A stretch of 64,000 nucleotides of DNA, taken from assembly GCA_963666055.2 (NCBI GenBank), contig CAXWPH010000014.1, positions 416,001 through 480,000 of the forward strand, written 5' to 3'. The DNA comes from Acidobacteriota bacterium (GTDB taxonomy: Bacteria; Acidobacteriota; UBA890; WLXD01). Both the position numbers and the translations under genes were made by a program. Numbering within the stretch: position 1 is the stretch's first letter; each line of letters opens with the position of its first letter. Positions 23,890-33,490 of the stretch are shown piece by piece. The notes beneath the pieces are model-generated. The model saw nothing but the letters and a program-made list of their open reading frames with translations, was not told where the DNA came from and ran no database searches.

Positions 23890-26511
23890 TCACTCACCCC
23901 TGAGGGCCTCCACCGGATCAGTGCGGCTGGCGCGGTACCCGGGAATCGCGGCGGCCAGCGCGCCCGCCCCCAGCAAGACGAGGCCGGCGAGCGCGAAGCT
24001 TGCTGGGTCCGTGCGCTCCACCCCGAACAAGAAGCTGGCAAGAGCTCCCGCGAAGATGATCGAGGCAACGATACCGCCCAAGATCCCACCCACGACAGGG
24101 ACGATTCCCCCCTGAACCACCTCTCTGAGGAGTACCGCGGGCTGAGCTCCGAGCGCCATTCGGATGCCGAACTCGGCCTTCCGGCGCGTTACCGAGTAGG
24201 ACACGACTCCGTAGACACCGACCGTGCCGAGAACCAGTCCGAGCAGTGCGAAGAGGCTCAGGAGGAACCGGATTCGCAGCGGCTCGACCATGGCATCCGC
24301 AACCACTGCTTGCATGGAGGTGATGCGGTCGATCGCCACGCCGGAGCTCAGTCGGCGGATGAGCCCGCGGGCCTGGGCCGCCAGCGCCGTCGGTTCGATG
24401 TCTGTCCGAAGGACAAGCACGTTTCCGGATGCGGGCGCCAGCTGGGCTTTGGGCCGATACATCGCCATGGTGTTGGGTCCTACGAGGCCGTACATCCGTA
24501 CCTCTTCGGCAACCCCCACCACGGTGACCGACTCGGTGCCCGATATGCGGTCGCCCACGCGCTTGCCGATCGGGTCCTGTCCGGGCCACATGGTCGCTGC
24601 GAAGGAGCGGCTCACCATTGCCGTCGGCATCGCATCCGGGCCGTCGCGATCATCGAAGGCTCTACCCTGCACAATCTCGATCCCCATGGCTTGGAAATAG
24701 CCCGGTGACACGGTGCGCCACATGCTGTTGGGGCGCCGCTCGTCGCGCAGATCGGGTCGGTCCTCCACACCGACGGGGCCCTGCCAGCCGCCGTCGCGAA
24801 TCGGCAGCCGGTTGATCAGCCCGGCGGCCTGCACGCCCGGAAGGGCGGCGCCTTGTTCGACGACCTGCTCATGGAAGGCTCGTAGGGAGGCGTCGTCCAT
24901 GGTCTGCTCCGCCAACACATCCAATACCAACACCCCCTCGGGATCGATGCCCGAATCGAGCGATTGCAGGTGCGACACACTACGAACCAAGAGGGTCGCA
25001 CCGGTCACCAGCATGACCGCCAGCAGCACCTCGGCAACAACGAGCGCGCCCTGCATCCGCCCGTCGGGTGCGGCGTCGCCGCCCTGTCCGCGTGCGCCGC
25101 CGAGCGCTCCTTCGAGACGTCCAGCAAGTAAGCCCCGGATGGGAATGGCGGAGACCACGCCGCCGACCGCCAAGGAGAGCGCCAGGGCCACGGCGAACGT
25201 CGTCCAGTCGAGCGACAGCGTCTCTTGAAAGCCACCCTGAAGCGGAAGGCTCGCCACCAGCAGATCGAACAGCCCCACAGCAAGGGCCATTCCCACCGCA
25301 CCCGCCAGCAGCCCCAGGGTCAGCGATTCCGTGAGGAGCTGCCTCGCCAATCGAACGCGTCCGGCCCCGAGTGCGCTTCGTACCGCCAGCTCGCCACTCC
25401 GATCGCAGGTGCGCGTCAGGGTGAGCGCCGTTACGTTGGCGCAGGCCATCAGGAGAACCAGCGCTACCGATCCCAGTAACAGGAGCACTGCGGGGCGTAC
25501 ATCCCCGAGCAGGTGCTCGCGGAGCGGCGTGAAGTAGGCTCCTTTGGTCTTGTCCCAGGCATCCGGATAATCGAATCGCTCGCCGAGCGCCGTCGTCATC
25601 GACACCAGCTCCGTCTCGAGCTGGCTCGGCGCCACGTCGGCGCGAACCCTGCCGATGAGCTCCAGCCAGCCGTTCCCCTGGTAGTTCTGGTCGTCCGGAT
25701 CGCGCACCAGCGGAACCCACAGGCGGAATTCTGGAGTGGGGAAATAGAAACCCTCGGGCATCACGCCAACGACGGTGGTCGAAACACCACCCAGATCAAT
25801 CCGGGTGCCGAGGATCGCCGGGTCGGCGCCGAACTCCTGACTCCAGAGTCCGTGACTCAGCACCGCGACCGGCTCGGCCCCGGGCTGGTCGTCTCCAGTG
25901 ACAAAGGTGCGGCCCAGGTGCGCTGGGGTTCCGAGCACGTCGAACAGAGTCGCGGTGCCCTCCAACAACGTCACCAGAGTGCTGCCATCTCGTCCCCGGA
26001 GCGTGTTGCCGTTCTGACCGTAGGCGGCGAAGCCCTCGAACACGCTGACTCGCTCCTCCAGATAGTCGAACTCGGAGCCGCGCCAGTTCTGGGCACTCCA
26101 GAAAGTCAGGAGGCGCTCCTCGGCGTCGAAGGGGAGCGCCCGCAGCAGCACCCCGTCGACTACGCTGAACAGGGCTACCGTTCCGCCGATGCCGAGCGCC
26201 AGAGTCAGCGTCGCCAGCGTGGTGAAGGCAGGATGCCTGCGGAGCTGACGGACGGACTGCCTGAGATCCCACAGGGTCACGTCGACCATCCCGACACCCC
26301 ACGACGCCCGGACAAGCTCTCGTTGGGAATCCTTCCCGCCGAAGCTCGCATGAGCGCGACGGCGCGCCTCCTGCGGTTCCAATCCGCTGGCAAGGTTCTT
26401 CTTGGCCTCCATCTCGAGATGAAACGCCATCTCTTCGTCCAGCTCGCGGTTCATCTCGGAGCGGCGAAATATCGCCCGCAGCCGCCACCTCAGATTCGAA
26501 AGCCAGCGCAT
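23890..26511 (-). CDS. ADOP-type duplicated ABC permease
   Basis: ELDEEMAFHLEM..EARRRA prefix domain, [23 protein letters not shown], ends DPVEALRGE. Confidence 0.93.
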   Translation of the reverse strand: MRWLSNLRWRLRAIFRRSEMNRELDEEMAFHLEMEAKKNLASGLEPQEARRRAHASFGGKDSQRELVRASWGVGMVDVTLWDLRQSVRQLRRHPAFTTLATLTLALGIGGTVALFSVVDGVLLRALPFDAEERLLTFWSAQNWRGSEFDYLEERVSVFEGFAAYGQNGNTLRGRDGSTLVTLLEGTATLFDVLGTPAHLGRTFVTGDDQPGAEPVAVLSHGLWSQEFGADPAILGTRIDLGGVSTTVVGVMPEGFYFPTPEFRLWVPLVRDPDDQNYQGNGWLELIGRVRADVAPSQLETELVSMTTALGERFDYPDAWDKTKGAYFTPLREHLLGDVRPAVLLLLGSVALVLLMACANVTALTLTRTCDRSGELAVRSALGAGRVRLARQLLTESLTLGLLAGAVGMALAVGLFDLLVASLPLQGGFQETLSLDWTTFAVALALSLAVGGVVSAIPIRGLLAGRLEGALGGARGQGGDAAPDGRMQGALVVAEVLLAVMLVTGATLLVRSVSHLQSLDSGIDPEGVLVLDVLAEQTMDDASLRAFHEQVVEQGAALPGVQAAGLINRLPIRDGGWQGPVGVEDRPDLRDERRPNSMWRTVSPGYFQAMGIEIVQGRAFDDRDGPDAMPTAMVSRSFAATMWPGQDPIGKRVGDRISGTESVTVVGVAEEVRMYGLVGPNTMAMYRPKAQLAPASGNVLVLRTDIEPTALAAQARGLIRRLSSGVAIDRITSMQAVVADAMVEPLRIRFLLSLFALLGLVLGTVGVYGVVSYSVTRRKAEFGIRMALGAQPAVLLREVVQGGIVPVVGGILGGIVASIIFAGALASFLFGVERTDPASFALAGLVLLGAGALAAAIPGYRASRTDPVEALRGE

Positions 26512-26520
26512 GAATGCCTC

Positions 26521-26853
26521 CTAGTTCGCTTCGACGATGCGTTCGACGGCACCCGCGAGCCGAGCCCAATGTTGCAGCTCCGTTCCCAGGCGGCGTTGCC
26601 CGGCGCGCGTGATCAAGTAGTAGCGCGCCCGCCGGTTGTTGTCGGTCACGCGCCATTCAGATTTGAGCCATCCCTGCCGGGTCAAGCGATGGAGCGACGC
26701 GTAGAGCGAGCCCTGGTTCACCTGAAGCTCATCCTCGGAGATCTGCTGAATGCGCTCCGAGATTCCCCATCCGTGAATAGGCTCGAGCGACACGACCTTG
26801 AGGATCAGCATGTCGAGTGTGCCCTTGATCATGTCGGGCTTCCGACTTCCCAT
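26521..26853 (-). CDS. PadR family transcriptional regulator (acidobacterial type)
   Basis: KGTLDMLILK...HGWGISERI...VNQGSLYASLHRL...NNRRARYY; directly upstream of the ADOP permease. Confidence 0.93.
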   Translation of the reverse strand: MGSRKPDMIKGTLDMLILKVVSLEPIHGWGISERIQQISEDELQVNQGSLYASLHRLTRQGWLKSEWRVTDNNRRARYYLITRAGQRRLGTELQHWARLAGAVERIVEAN

Positions 26854-27009
26854 ACTCGCTCCATGTCCTGGTCGATGGCGTCCGTTCCCGGAGTTCCGCG
26901 CTTGTGCTCCACGGCGCTCGACACTCTCCTCTCGGTAAACAGGAGGAGTCAATGATTGGACGCTACCACGAACCGAATGGTTGGATCTCGCCGCCGTGCC
27001 ACGAGTTCC

Positions 27010-27346
27010 TTGCTGGCGACTATTCCCAGTCCGTTACCGAGCGCCTTCATGAATTCGGGATCCGCAAAGCCCTCGGCGCCGAAAGCGCCGACGGGCTACG
27101 CCTGACCGTTCACGAAGGGCTCCGCATCGTCGCGTGGGGAGCGCCACTCGGCCTCTCGGTGCTGTGGCGTTGAGCCGAGCGCTAGCGGGACTGATCTATG
27201 GCATCCCCGCGACCGACCCTCTGACCCTCATCGGGGTGGCCGTGGGCCTGCTGGAAGTTGTCATGGCGGCAAGCTCGATTCCCGGCATGCGAGCCATGCG
27301 CGCCGACCCAGCGGCAGCGCTCCGCGACCGATCGGGATTAGCCTAG
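27010..27346 (+). pseudogene. Degenerate C-terminal fragment of an ADOP permease
   Basis: SVTERLHEFGIRKALGA and LIYGIPATDPLT..IPGMRAMRADPAAALR lie in different frames. Confidence 0.75.
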
Positions 27347-27645
27347 TCTGATCAACCGCGGCAGCATTCGGTGATCCGCTCCGGGTGCATTTGGCAAGAG
27401 CTTTGGTCGCCGATGGTGCCGGGTCAGTCGGCCTGGTACACCGCCGTGCGACCCCAGAGTCGGCCGAACCTTCGCGACGACGAGCTGCCGTCGGTGCGAT
27501 TTCACTACGTGGTGAGAGCCCTTCTATTCCGCTAAGCTGAGCAGCTATTGCGCAGCACCGCCGACGGCAGGCCGGATCAGTGGAAGCGCTGGTCGTCGGC
27601 CATCGTGCTTGCTATCGATTCGGCCACGTCGAACCGAGAGCTCGA

Positions 27646-29814
27646 ATGCGTGACGTGTGGGCCCATCTCAAGGCCGACCCAATAATCAGAATCACGGGCC
27701 TGCTCCACATCGGCGTCGTGCTGGTGTACTGGACACCCTTGCTGTCGAGCCGGCAGCCGCCCAACCTCGATCACTAACCTGACATGGTTTCTTGCGTCCT
27801 CGCCGTCGGGGCACTTCTGTACGGAGTGAGACAGATCAAGCACCCGGAGGAACGAAGGTTTTGGTTATTGATCGCCTTTGGGCTCGCGGGCTGGTTGGTA
27901 GTCGAGCTCTTGTTATTCTTCGCGCCCGATGTTGAGGCAATGCAGCGCCAGACCAATGAGGGACTTCTGGCTTTGCTGTATTACGCAACGCTTTTCGTGG
28001 CAGTTGCAACGAACCCTCACCTAAAGCCCGGATGGAGCAGGGGAAACACACGGTATTGGACTGCGGGCGCCGCAAGCCTCGTCTTCGCACTGGGATCAAT
28101 AGCCTATGTTTTTCTCATTCAAACAAAATTCGTCCGCGGTGCTGAATCCTTTGTGCCGAATCAACTCACGTACCTTTTTCACGATCTCTTGGCCGCTGGA
28201 ACTTTCGCGTACCTCAGCAGAACGTGCGGGAGCATTCGTTGGAGAAACCTTTACGCCCTAATGGCAGTGGCGTCGGGTCTGTGGGTTTTTCGGACCTCTT
28301 CCGAACTCCTGGTGAATTCGGGCATAGTGCCGCTTGTATACGATCGAATGATCTTCAACTCTGTCGTGCCCTACCTGCCGATCCTCGCAGCCGCACGATT
28401 GCGGCACTACGCAGCTCCCCAACAAACGCCTGCCAAAGACGACCATCGGGTCTCTCGACAGAGTCCACTAAGACTTGGAGGCTCGCCGATCCTGTATCTC
28501 GCGGTAATCCCGGTATTACATTTCGGCGGCTACTGGACAGGTGTCTTTAATCCGGACGCGAGGCTATATCGAGAGTTCCTAGTACTGGCTGTGATTCTTG
28601 TCCTCGTAGTTCTAGCCTTCGTGAACCAGAAGCAGCTGGAGTCGGAGCGGCGAATCCTCGAGGAGCAGGCGCGCCAATCGCAGAAGATGGAAGCTGTCGG
28701 CACTCTTGCTGGAGGAGTGGCCCACGACTTCAACAACATGCTCACGGCCATCATTGGTAACGCCGAGCTTCTACGGAGCGACGATCTGAACCTCACCGAC
28801 CGGCAGCGCGCAGAGGTCGAGGAGATCAGGAAAGCCTCGGAGCGTGCCACCTCTTTGACCCAGCAGCTCCTGGCCTTCGGCCGTCGGCAGATGCTGGCGC
28901 CCGAGGTAGTCGATTTGAACGCCTCCGTGGCCGAAATGCAGAAGTTGCTCCGCCGCTTGATCGGCGAGGACGTCGAGCTGATCACCGAGCTCGACTCTGC
29001 GCTGGGCAGCGTCAAGGCCGACCCGGCACAGATCGATCAGGTGATCATGAACCTCGCAATCAACGCCCGAGACGCGATGCCCGAAGGCGGTGAGATCAGG
29101 ATCGGGACGGCGAACGCGGATGTGGACGAGGCCGAGGCACAAGTGCAGGACGGCATGGTGCCGGGCCGCTATGTGATGCTGGTGGTGAGCGATACGGGTT
29201 CCGGCATGGACGCGGAGACCCGGGAGAAGATCTTCGAGCCCTTCTTTACCACCAAGGACACGGGCGCAGGGACGGGTCTGGGACTATCGACGGTCTACGG
29301 GATCGTCAAACAGAGCGACGGCTTTATCGGCGTTGATAGCGAGCCGGGGCATGGCACGACGTTCAAGATCTACCTGCCGCGGGTCGATGAGCCCATCGAG
29401 CCGCCCGAACCCAGCACTGTCATCTCGCTGCAGGGCATGGAGACTGTGCTGCTGGTGGAAGACGAAGAGATGTTGCGCGCCCTGGCCCGCCAGGTCCTCC
29501 AGAGGAAGGGGCACCGGGTTCTAGAGGCGCCGGGGGGGCCAGAGGCCGTCGAGATCTTCGAGCGGCACGAGGGGCCGATCAACCTGCTGCTAACTGATGT
29601 GGTCATGCCGAAAATGAGCGGCCACGAGCTGGCGAAGCGGTTGACCATGCTGAGCCCGGAGCTGAAGGTGCTGTATATATCGGGCTATACGGAAGAGGCC
29701 CTCGTCGACCGCGACCTATCGAATCAGGGGAGGGCTTTCCTTCGGAAGCCGTTCACGTCGGACGCGCTGGCGCGCAGCGTGCGCGAGCTCCTGGAGCGTC
29801 CCGGCAACGGGTAG
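27646..29814 (+). CDS. Hybrid membrane histidine kinase/receiver; in-frame TAA at 27775 near the N-terminus (ORF 27784..29814 intact)
   Basis: Multi-TM N-terminus; [42 protein letters not shown]; receiver VEDE, TDVVMP, KPF. Confidence 0.9.
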
Positions 29815-30080
29815 AGCACGGCGCGCTACCCGTGCTCCTCGCGCCCGCGCGGTGCTGATGTCAGCCTGCCGGAGGCGCGGCGGGCGATCGAGGATACGGC
29901 GGGGGCGCGGAGGAAAGGATGAGCGACGGCGACACCGAAAAACCCCGGGCCATCCCGTGGCGTAAGTTCTTGGAGACTATTCCGCCGAACACACACCACG
30001 TGGTTTTGCACCTGACAACAAGGACGATCAGTGGGACCGGCGAGGGGAAGAAAGCCAGCGGGTAGCGCATCCAATCAACG

Positions 30081-30770
30081 ATGAGTCACGGCCAGATACC
30101 CAACGAGGCAGATGTCATTGCGGGCTGCAGGCGCGGCGCTCGATGGGCCCGGCAGGCCCTCTTCGAGCGCCATCACCGGGCGATCTACCGGTTTCTGATC
30201 GCTCAGTGCGGCGATACAGCGCTCGCGGAAGACATGACACAGGAGACCTTTCTGCGCGCTTACGAGGCCATGGCCACATTCCGGGGCGATGCGCGCGTGA
30301 GCTCTTGGATGACGCGCATCGCGCTGAACTGCCTGTATGAGGTACACCGACGCCGAGAGGTAAGGCGCCGCTACGTCGAGGGCATTCCTCGGGCTGATCC
30401 TCGGGGCGGCTGGGTCACGGGAGGCATCAGTCGCAGCGAGGAAGCGCGCTTGCAGCGCGATCTCGTCCGCCGAGCCCTGGCTCGGTTGGATCCCGACGAC
30501 GCCTCCATCATCGTGCTGCACGACCTGCAGGGCTACCGATACCGCGAGCTCGCTACCGCGCTGCAGATCGCCATTGGCACCGTAGGCTCGCGGCTGAGCC
30601 GCGCGCGCCAACGGCTGCGGGCCATCGTCAACGAGATTTCGCGACCGCCGGAAGAAAGCGACCTCGCTGCACATCCAACATCCGAATCCGAGGCAACGGA
30701 GTCGGGCGACGGGGTTGAAAGCAATTCACCGTCGACAGCATCCCATCGTGTGGTTTGGAGCGAGCCATGA
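30081..30770 (+). CDS. ECF sigma factor
   Basis: LAEDMTQETFLRAY, SSWMTRIALN, LHDLQGYRYRELA..IGTVGSRLSRAR. Confidence 0.9.
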   Translation: MSHGQIPNEADVIAGCRRGARWARQALFERHHRAIYRFLIAQCGDTALAEDMTQETFLRAYEAMATFRGDARVSSWMTRIALNCLYEVHRRREVRRRYVEGIPRADPRGGWVTGGISRSEEARLQRDLVRRALARLDPDDASIIVLHDLQGYRYRELATALQIAIGTVGSRLSRARQRLRAIVNEISRPPEESDLAAHPTSESEATESGDGVESNSPSTASHRVVWSEP

Positions 30771-31630
30771 GCAGTGCCCGCACACAGTGCGAAGAAGTCC
30801 GGGAGCTCGTTGGTGCGTTCGTCGATGGAGAGCTCGAGCGATCGTCTGCCTCGGCGGTTGAGGAGCATCTGATCGGTTGTCGCAGCTGCGCGCTGCTTCG
30901 TGACGACCTGGTGCGACTCCGTCAGGCCGTCGCAGAACTCGAGCTGCCCGAGCCGGAGCCGGTGAGGATGTGGGCAAACATCGAGCACCGTCTGGCGGAG
31001 CAAGAGCCCACCGCCGTTGGGGCATGGCTGGGCAGCGGACCTGGGGGCTGGAATCGGCAGTTGGTCCTCGCAGCCGCTACCTTCGCCGTCGCCTTTGGGT
31101 TGGGTGTGGCTTATCCCTACGTTTCGGCGCGGCTGCGTCAGCCGGCTCCGGCCACGTTGAATCAACCTCCCCTGACATTGACGGTTGGTGACTACGTGCA
31201 GCAGGTGTCGGGAGGATCACCCGACGCCTTCTGGATACGCTACGGGGCGATCGATACTCAGCCGGGCGCGCTCGCCGACAAGCTCGACTTTCGACCGAAC
31301 GTGCCCGATCGATTGCCGGGCGGCTTCCGAGTTACGAGCGCCAAGCTGCTCAAGGACGCGTGCTGCTACACGGTCCAACTTCGCTACGAGTCGCCGTCCG
31401 GCGTGCTCGATGTGTTCGAGTGCCACGATGATCACCCGGTGTCCTTTGGCGACGTGGAGGCTCGGCGAGCTGAGCTTTCGGGGCTCGCCTACACCAGCCT
31501 CCGTTGGGCCGGCACCAATCTCACGGCTCAGATATTCAACGACGACAACGTCAACATCATTGTCGTCGGCGAGCTCGAGCCAGACCTCGCCGACCGCGTA
31601 GTGCAGGGGTTCCGGGATGCGAGCGACTAG
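30767..31630 (+). CDS. zf-HC2 anti-sigma factor with TM and extracytoplasmic domain containing a Cys-Cys pair
   Basis: CEEVRELVGAFVDGEL...HLIGCRSC; TM; DACCYTV and ECHDDH after the TM; ATGA overlap with the sigma gene. Confidence 0.85.
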   Translation: MSSARTQCEEVRELVGAFVDGELERSSASAVEEHLIGCRSCALLRDDLVRLRQAVAELELPEPEPVRMWANIEHRLAEQEPTAVGAWLGSGPGGWNRQLVLAAATFAVAFGLGVAYPYVSARLRQPAPATLNQPPLTLTVGDYVQQVSGGSPDAFWIRYGAIDTQPGALADKLDFRPNVPDRLPGGFRVTSAKLLKDACCYTVQLRYESPSGVLDVFECHDDHPVSFGDVEARRAELSGLAYTSLRWAGTNLTAQIFNDDNVNIIVVGELEPDLADRVVQGFRDASD

Positions 31631-32174
31631 GCTCCTCGTCTTTCTCGCCGTCGCGGGCGCCGCCTATGCGGCCGCCGTCTTCGACCCCCGGCCTTCCGGC
31701 GAGGGCGTGGCTACCTCTTCCCTTTCCCTACCCGCGGCTTTCGACCGTGAGCCTCTACCTGCCGGCTACGACGGCGTGGAGCTAGACGGGATGCCGTTCG
31801 TGGCCGCGGAGTTGCACGGAAAGGTCGTGCTGCTGGACTTCTGGGCGGTGTGGTGTGCTCCGTGCATCACCGCCGTGCCGAAGCTCAATGGACTGCAGGC
31901 AGAGTTCGGCGGCGATGAGTTCGAGGTGATCGGCTATGCCGTGTACTCCGGGCCGGGCGAGGACGTCGCCAGCTTCGCCCAACAACACGGCATCGAGTAC
32001 CGGGTTGTCGTCGGCAACAACGATCTGACCTTTGACTACGGCGTCATCGGCTACCCCAGCTACTTCCTGATCGACCAAGAAGGTCGGAAGGTCCGCAAGT
32101 ACGTCGGCGCACTGCCCGACCTCCAAGAGCGCATCGGTGCCGACGTTCGCTTGCTGCTCGGAAACGTGCCTTGA
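31617..32174 (+). CDS. TlpA-family thiol:disulfide oxidoreductase (exported/membrane-anchored)
   Basis: GKVVLLDFWAVWCAPC, YGVIGYPSYFLIDQEG; hydrophobic N-terminus. Confidence 0.92.
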   Translation: MRATRLLVFLAVAGAAYAAAVFDPRPSGEGVATSSLSLPAAFDREPLPAGYDGVELDGMPFVAAELHGKVVLLDFWAVWCAPCITAVPKLNGLQAEFGGDEFEVIGYAVYSGPGEDVASFAQQHGIEYRVVVGNNDLTFDYGVIGYPSYFLIDQEGRKVRKYVGALPDLQERIGADVRLLLGNVP

Positions 32175-32197
32175 ATCACTATCAGACAGGAGGAGCC

Positions 32198-33058
32198 ATG
32201 CGACGAATGATCACACGAGCCGTGGTGCTGCTGGTCAGCGTGAGCCTCTGGGCCATACCAGCGGTTCACGGACAGGAGCTCTCGGCGGAGGCCGGCCGCG
32301 TCGTCGACTATCTGCTGCAGGATTGGCAACGCCAGTTCAGCTCGACGACGATTCCACACGCCATGCAGTTCATGGGAATGGACGTTGAAGACGACCTACG
32401 GCTCGAGGTGGTGGCGCACCTACGCGACAACGATGGGCTGGCCCGCAACCTCCAGTGGTGGGGGGCCAACAACTACCTGTTCTCGAACCTCGAGAAGCGA
32501 CTCGCCAAGTACTTGGTCCTCCTCCAGAAGCGCGCCGAGAAGCTGCCGACGGCCACCGAGGCCGCGCAGGCACTCGAGATTTCTGAGGCCGAGCTGCGTG
32601 CCCGAATGGCGTTCATGGCGCAGTCCGGCTTCCTGGAGACGGCTGCCAACGACCTCGGCTTCGCACTAGCACCCGGGTTTCAACGGTGGGCCGGGCCTCT
32701 TCAGCACAACTTCCATACCGTGCGGATCGACGGCAACGCGCCACTCGACGTTTGGTGAGCAATAGACTTCCTGCTGTTGGTCAACAGCGACGAGTACAAA
32801 GACAAGCACATCACCCTAGAGGACTCCTGCGCGCACGGTTATCTGCCGATCAACGTCGAGATCGACGCCGCCGAGATCACCCACCTCATTCCGGACACGG
32901 TGTGGGTTCAGCGGGGCGGTGGCTGAGCGGTCGACAATCTCTTCTGGTCAGAAGAGCACCTGAATGAGTGGTTGGATGAGAACCTGGAATACCGCGAGCT
33001 CAACCAGCAGCCGATTGGCGATTTCCTCGAGGAAATGAAGGCCGGCACGGCCGAGTAA
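32198..33058 (+). CDS. Exported MerB (organomercurial lyase)-like selenoprotein with two UGA-encoded Sec (codons 187 and 243)
   Basis: AGGAGGAG RBS; signal peptide; frame stays open through TGA 32756 and TGA 32924 to TAA 33056; DVW-U-AID / EDSC / GGG-U-AVDNLFWSEEHLNEW aligns by eye to MerB YAW-C96-ALD99 / SHC117 / C159-CHVHFFASVPTAEDW. Confidence 0.85.
32773..32788 (+). promoter_or_regulatory. SECIS-like hairpin 1
   Basis: GCTGTT-GGTC-AACAGC perfect 6-bp stem; 20 nt between TGA 32756-32758 and the loop. Confidence 0.75.
32939..32956 (+). promoter_or_regulatory. SECIS-like hairpin 2
   Basis: CTCTTCT-GGTC-AGAAGAG perfect 7-bp stem; same GGUC loop, 19 nt between TGA 32924-32926 and the loop. 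Confidence 0.75.
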
Positions 33059-33490
33059 GGTCTCCTTCTGTCGGGCCTCACCCTGCTCGCCTTGGCGTCG
33101 TCCGCGCAGCGGTCGCCGAGGCTCAATCGGCGCGCAACGACCTCACCGCGTCAGCGTGTGGTCGGCCGAGTGCCGGACCGGCGATCGCCAGCAGATCGAT
33201 CTTGTCGGCGACCACGTCCTGGTTGGCGAAGGCCTCGTGCACATCGTCTCCCCCGATTGCGTTGACGGGTTCGCTCACGCATAGTCGCTATCATCAAACA
33301 CTTCAATCTTCTGGGACGATGGAGGCTGGTCGGACCCGGATCATGACGGCGTTTAGCTAGGTAGGCACCGAGGGCGAGCTGCTGGGCGGCGAACAGGACT
33401 AGTCGGCCGCCTTTCTGTCAATCTTGACGCCTTGTGCTGAGATGCACTCCGTGTGTCAGAGTGACCCGCGCCCAATCAGATCCTCGGTGG

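Noticed and set aside
31617-32174. TlpA as a second selenoprotein
   Set aside because: The active site is WCAPC with Cys codons; its terminal TGA follows a complete domain and I saw no GGUC hairpin after it.
32171-32758. 195-aa hypothetical protein ending at TGA 32758, as in the ORF track
   Set aside because: The stop falls exactly at the MerB W-C-A-x-D motif and the frame continues with MerB-like sequence and SECIS-like hairpins; the ATG at 32198 has the RBS.
33060-33430. Short minus-strand ORF-like stretch (VSEPVNAIGGDDVHEAFANQDVVADKIDLL) between the Sec gene and the aminotransferase
   Set aside because: Too short and no family recognised; possibly a gene scrap.
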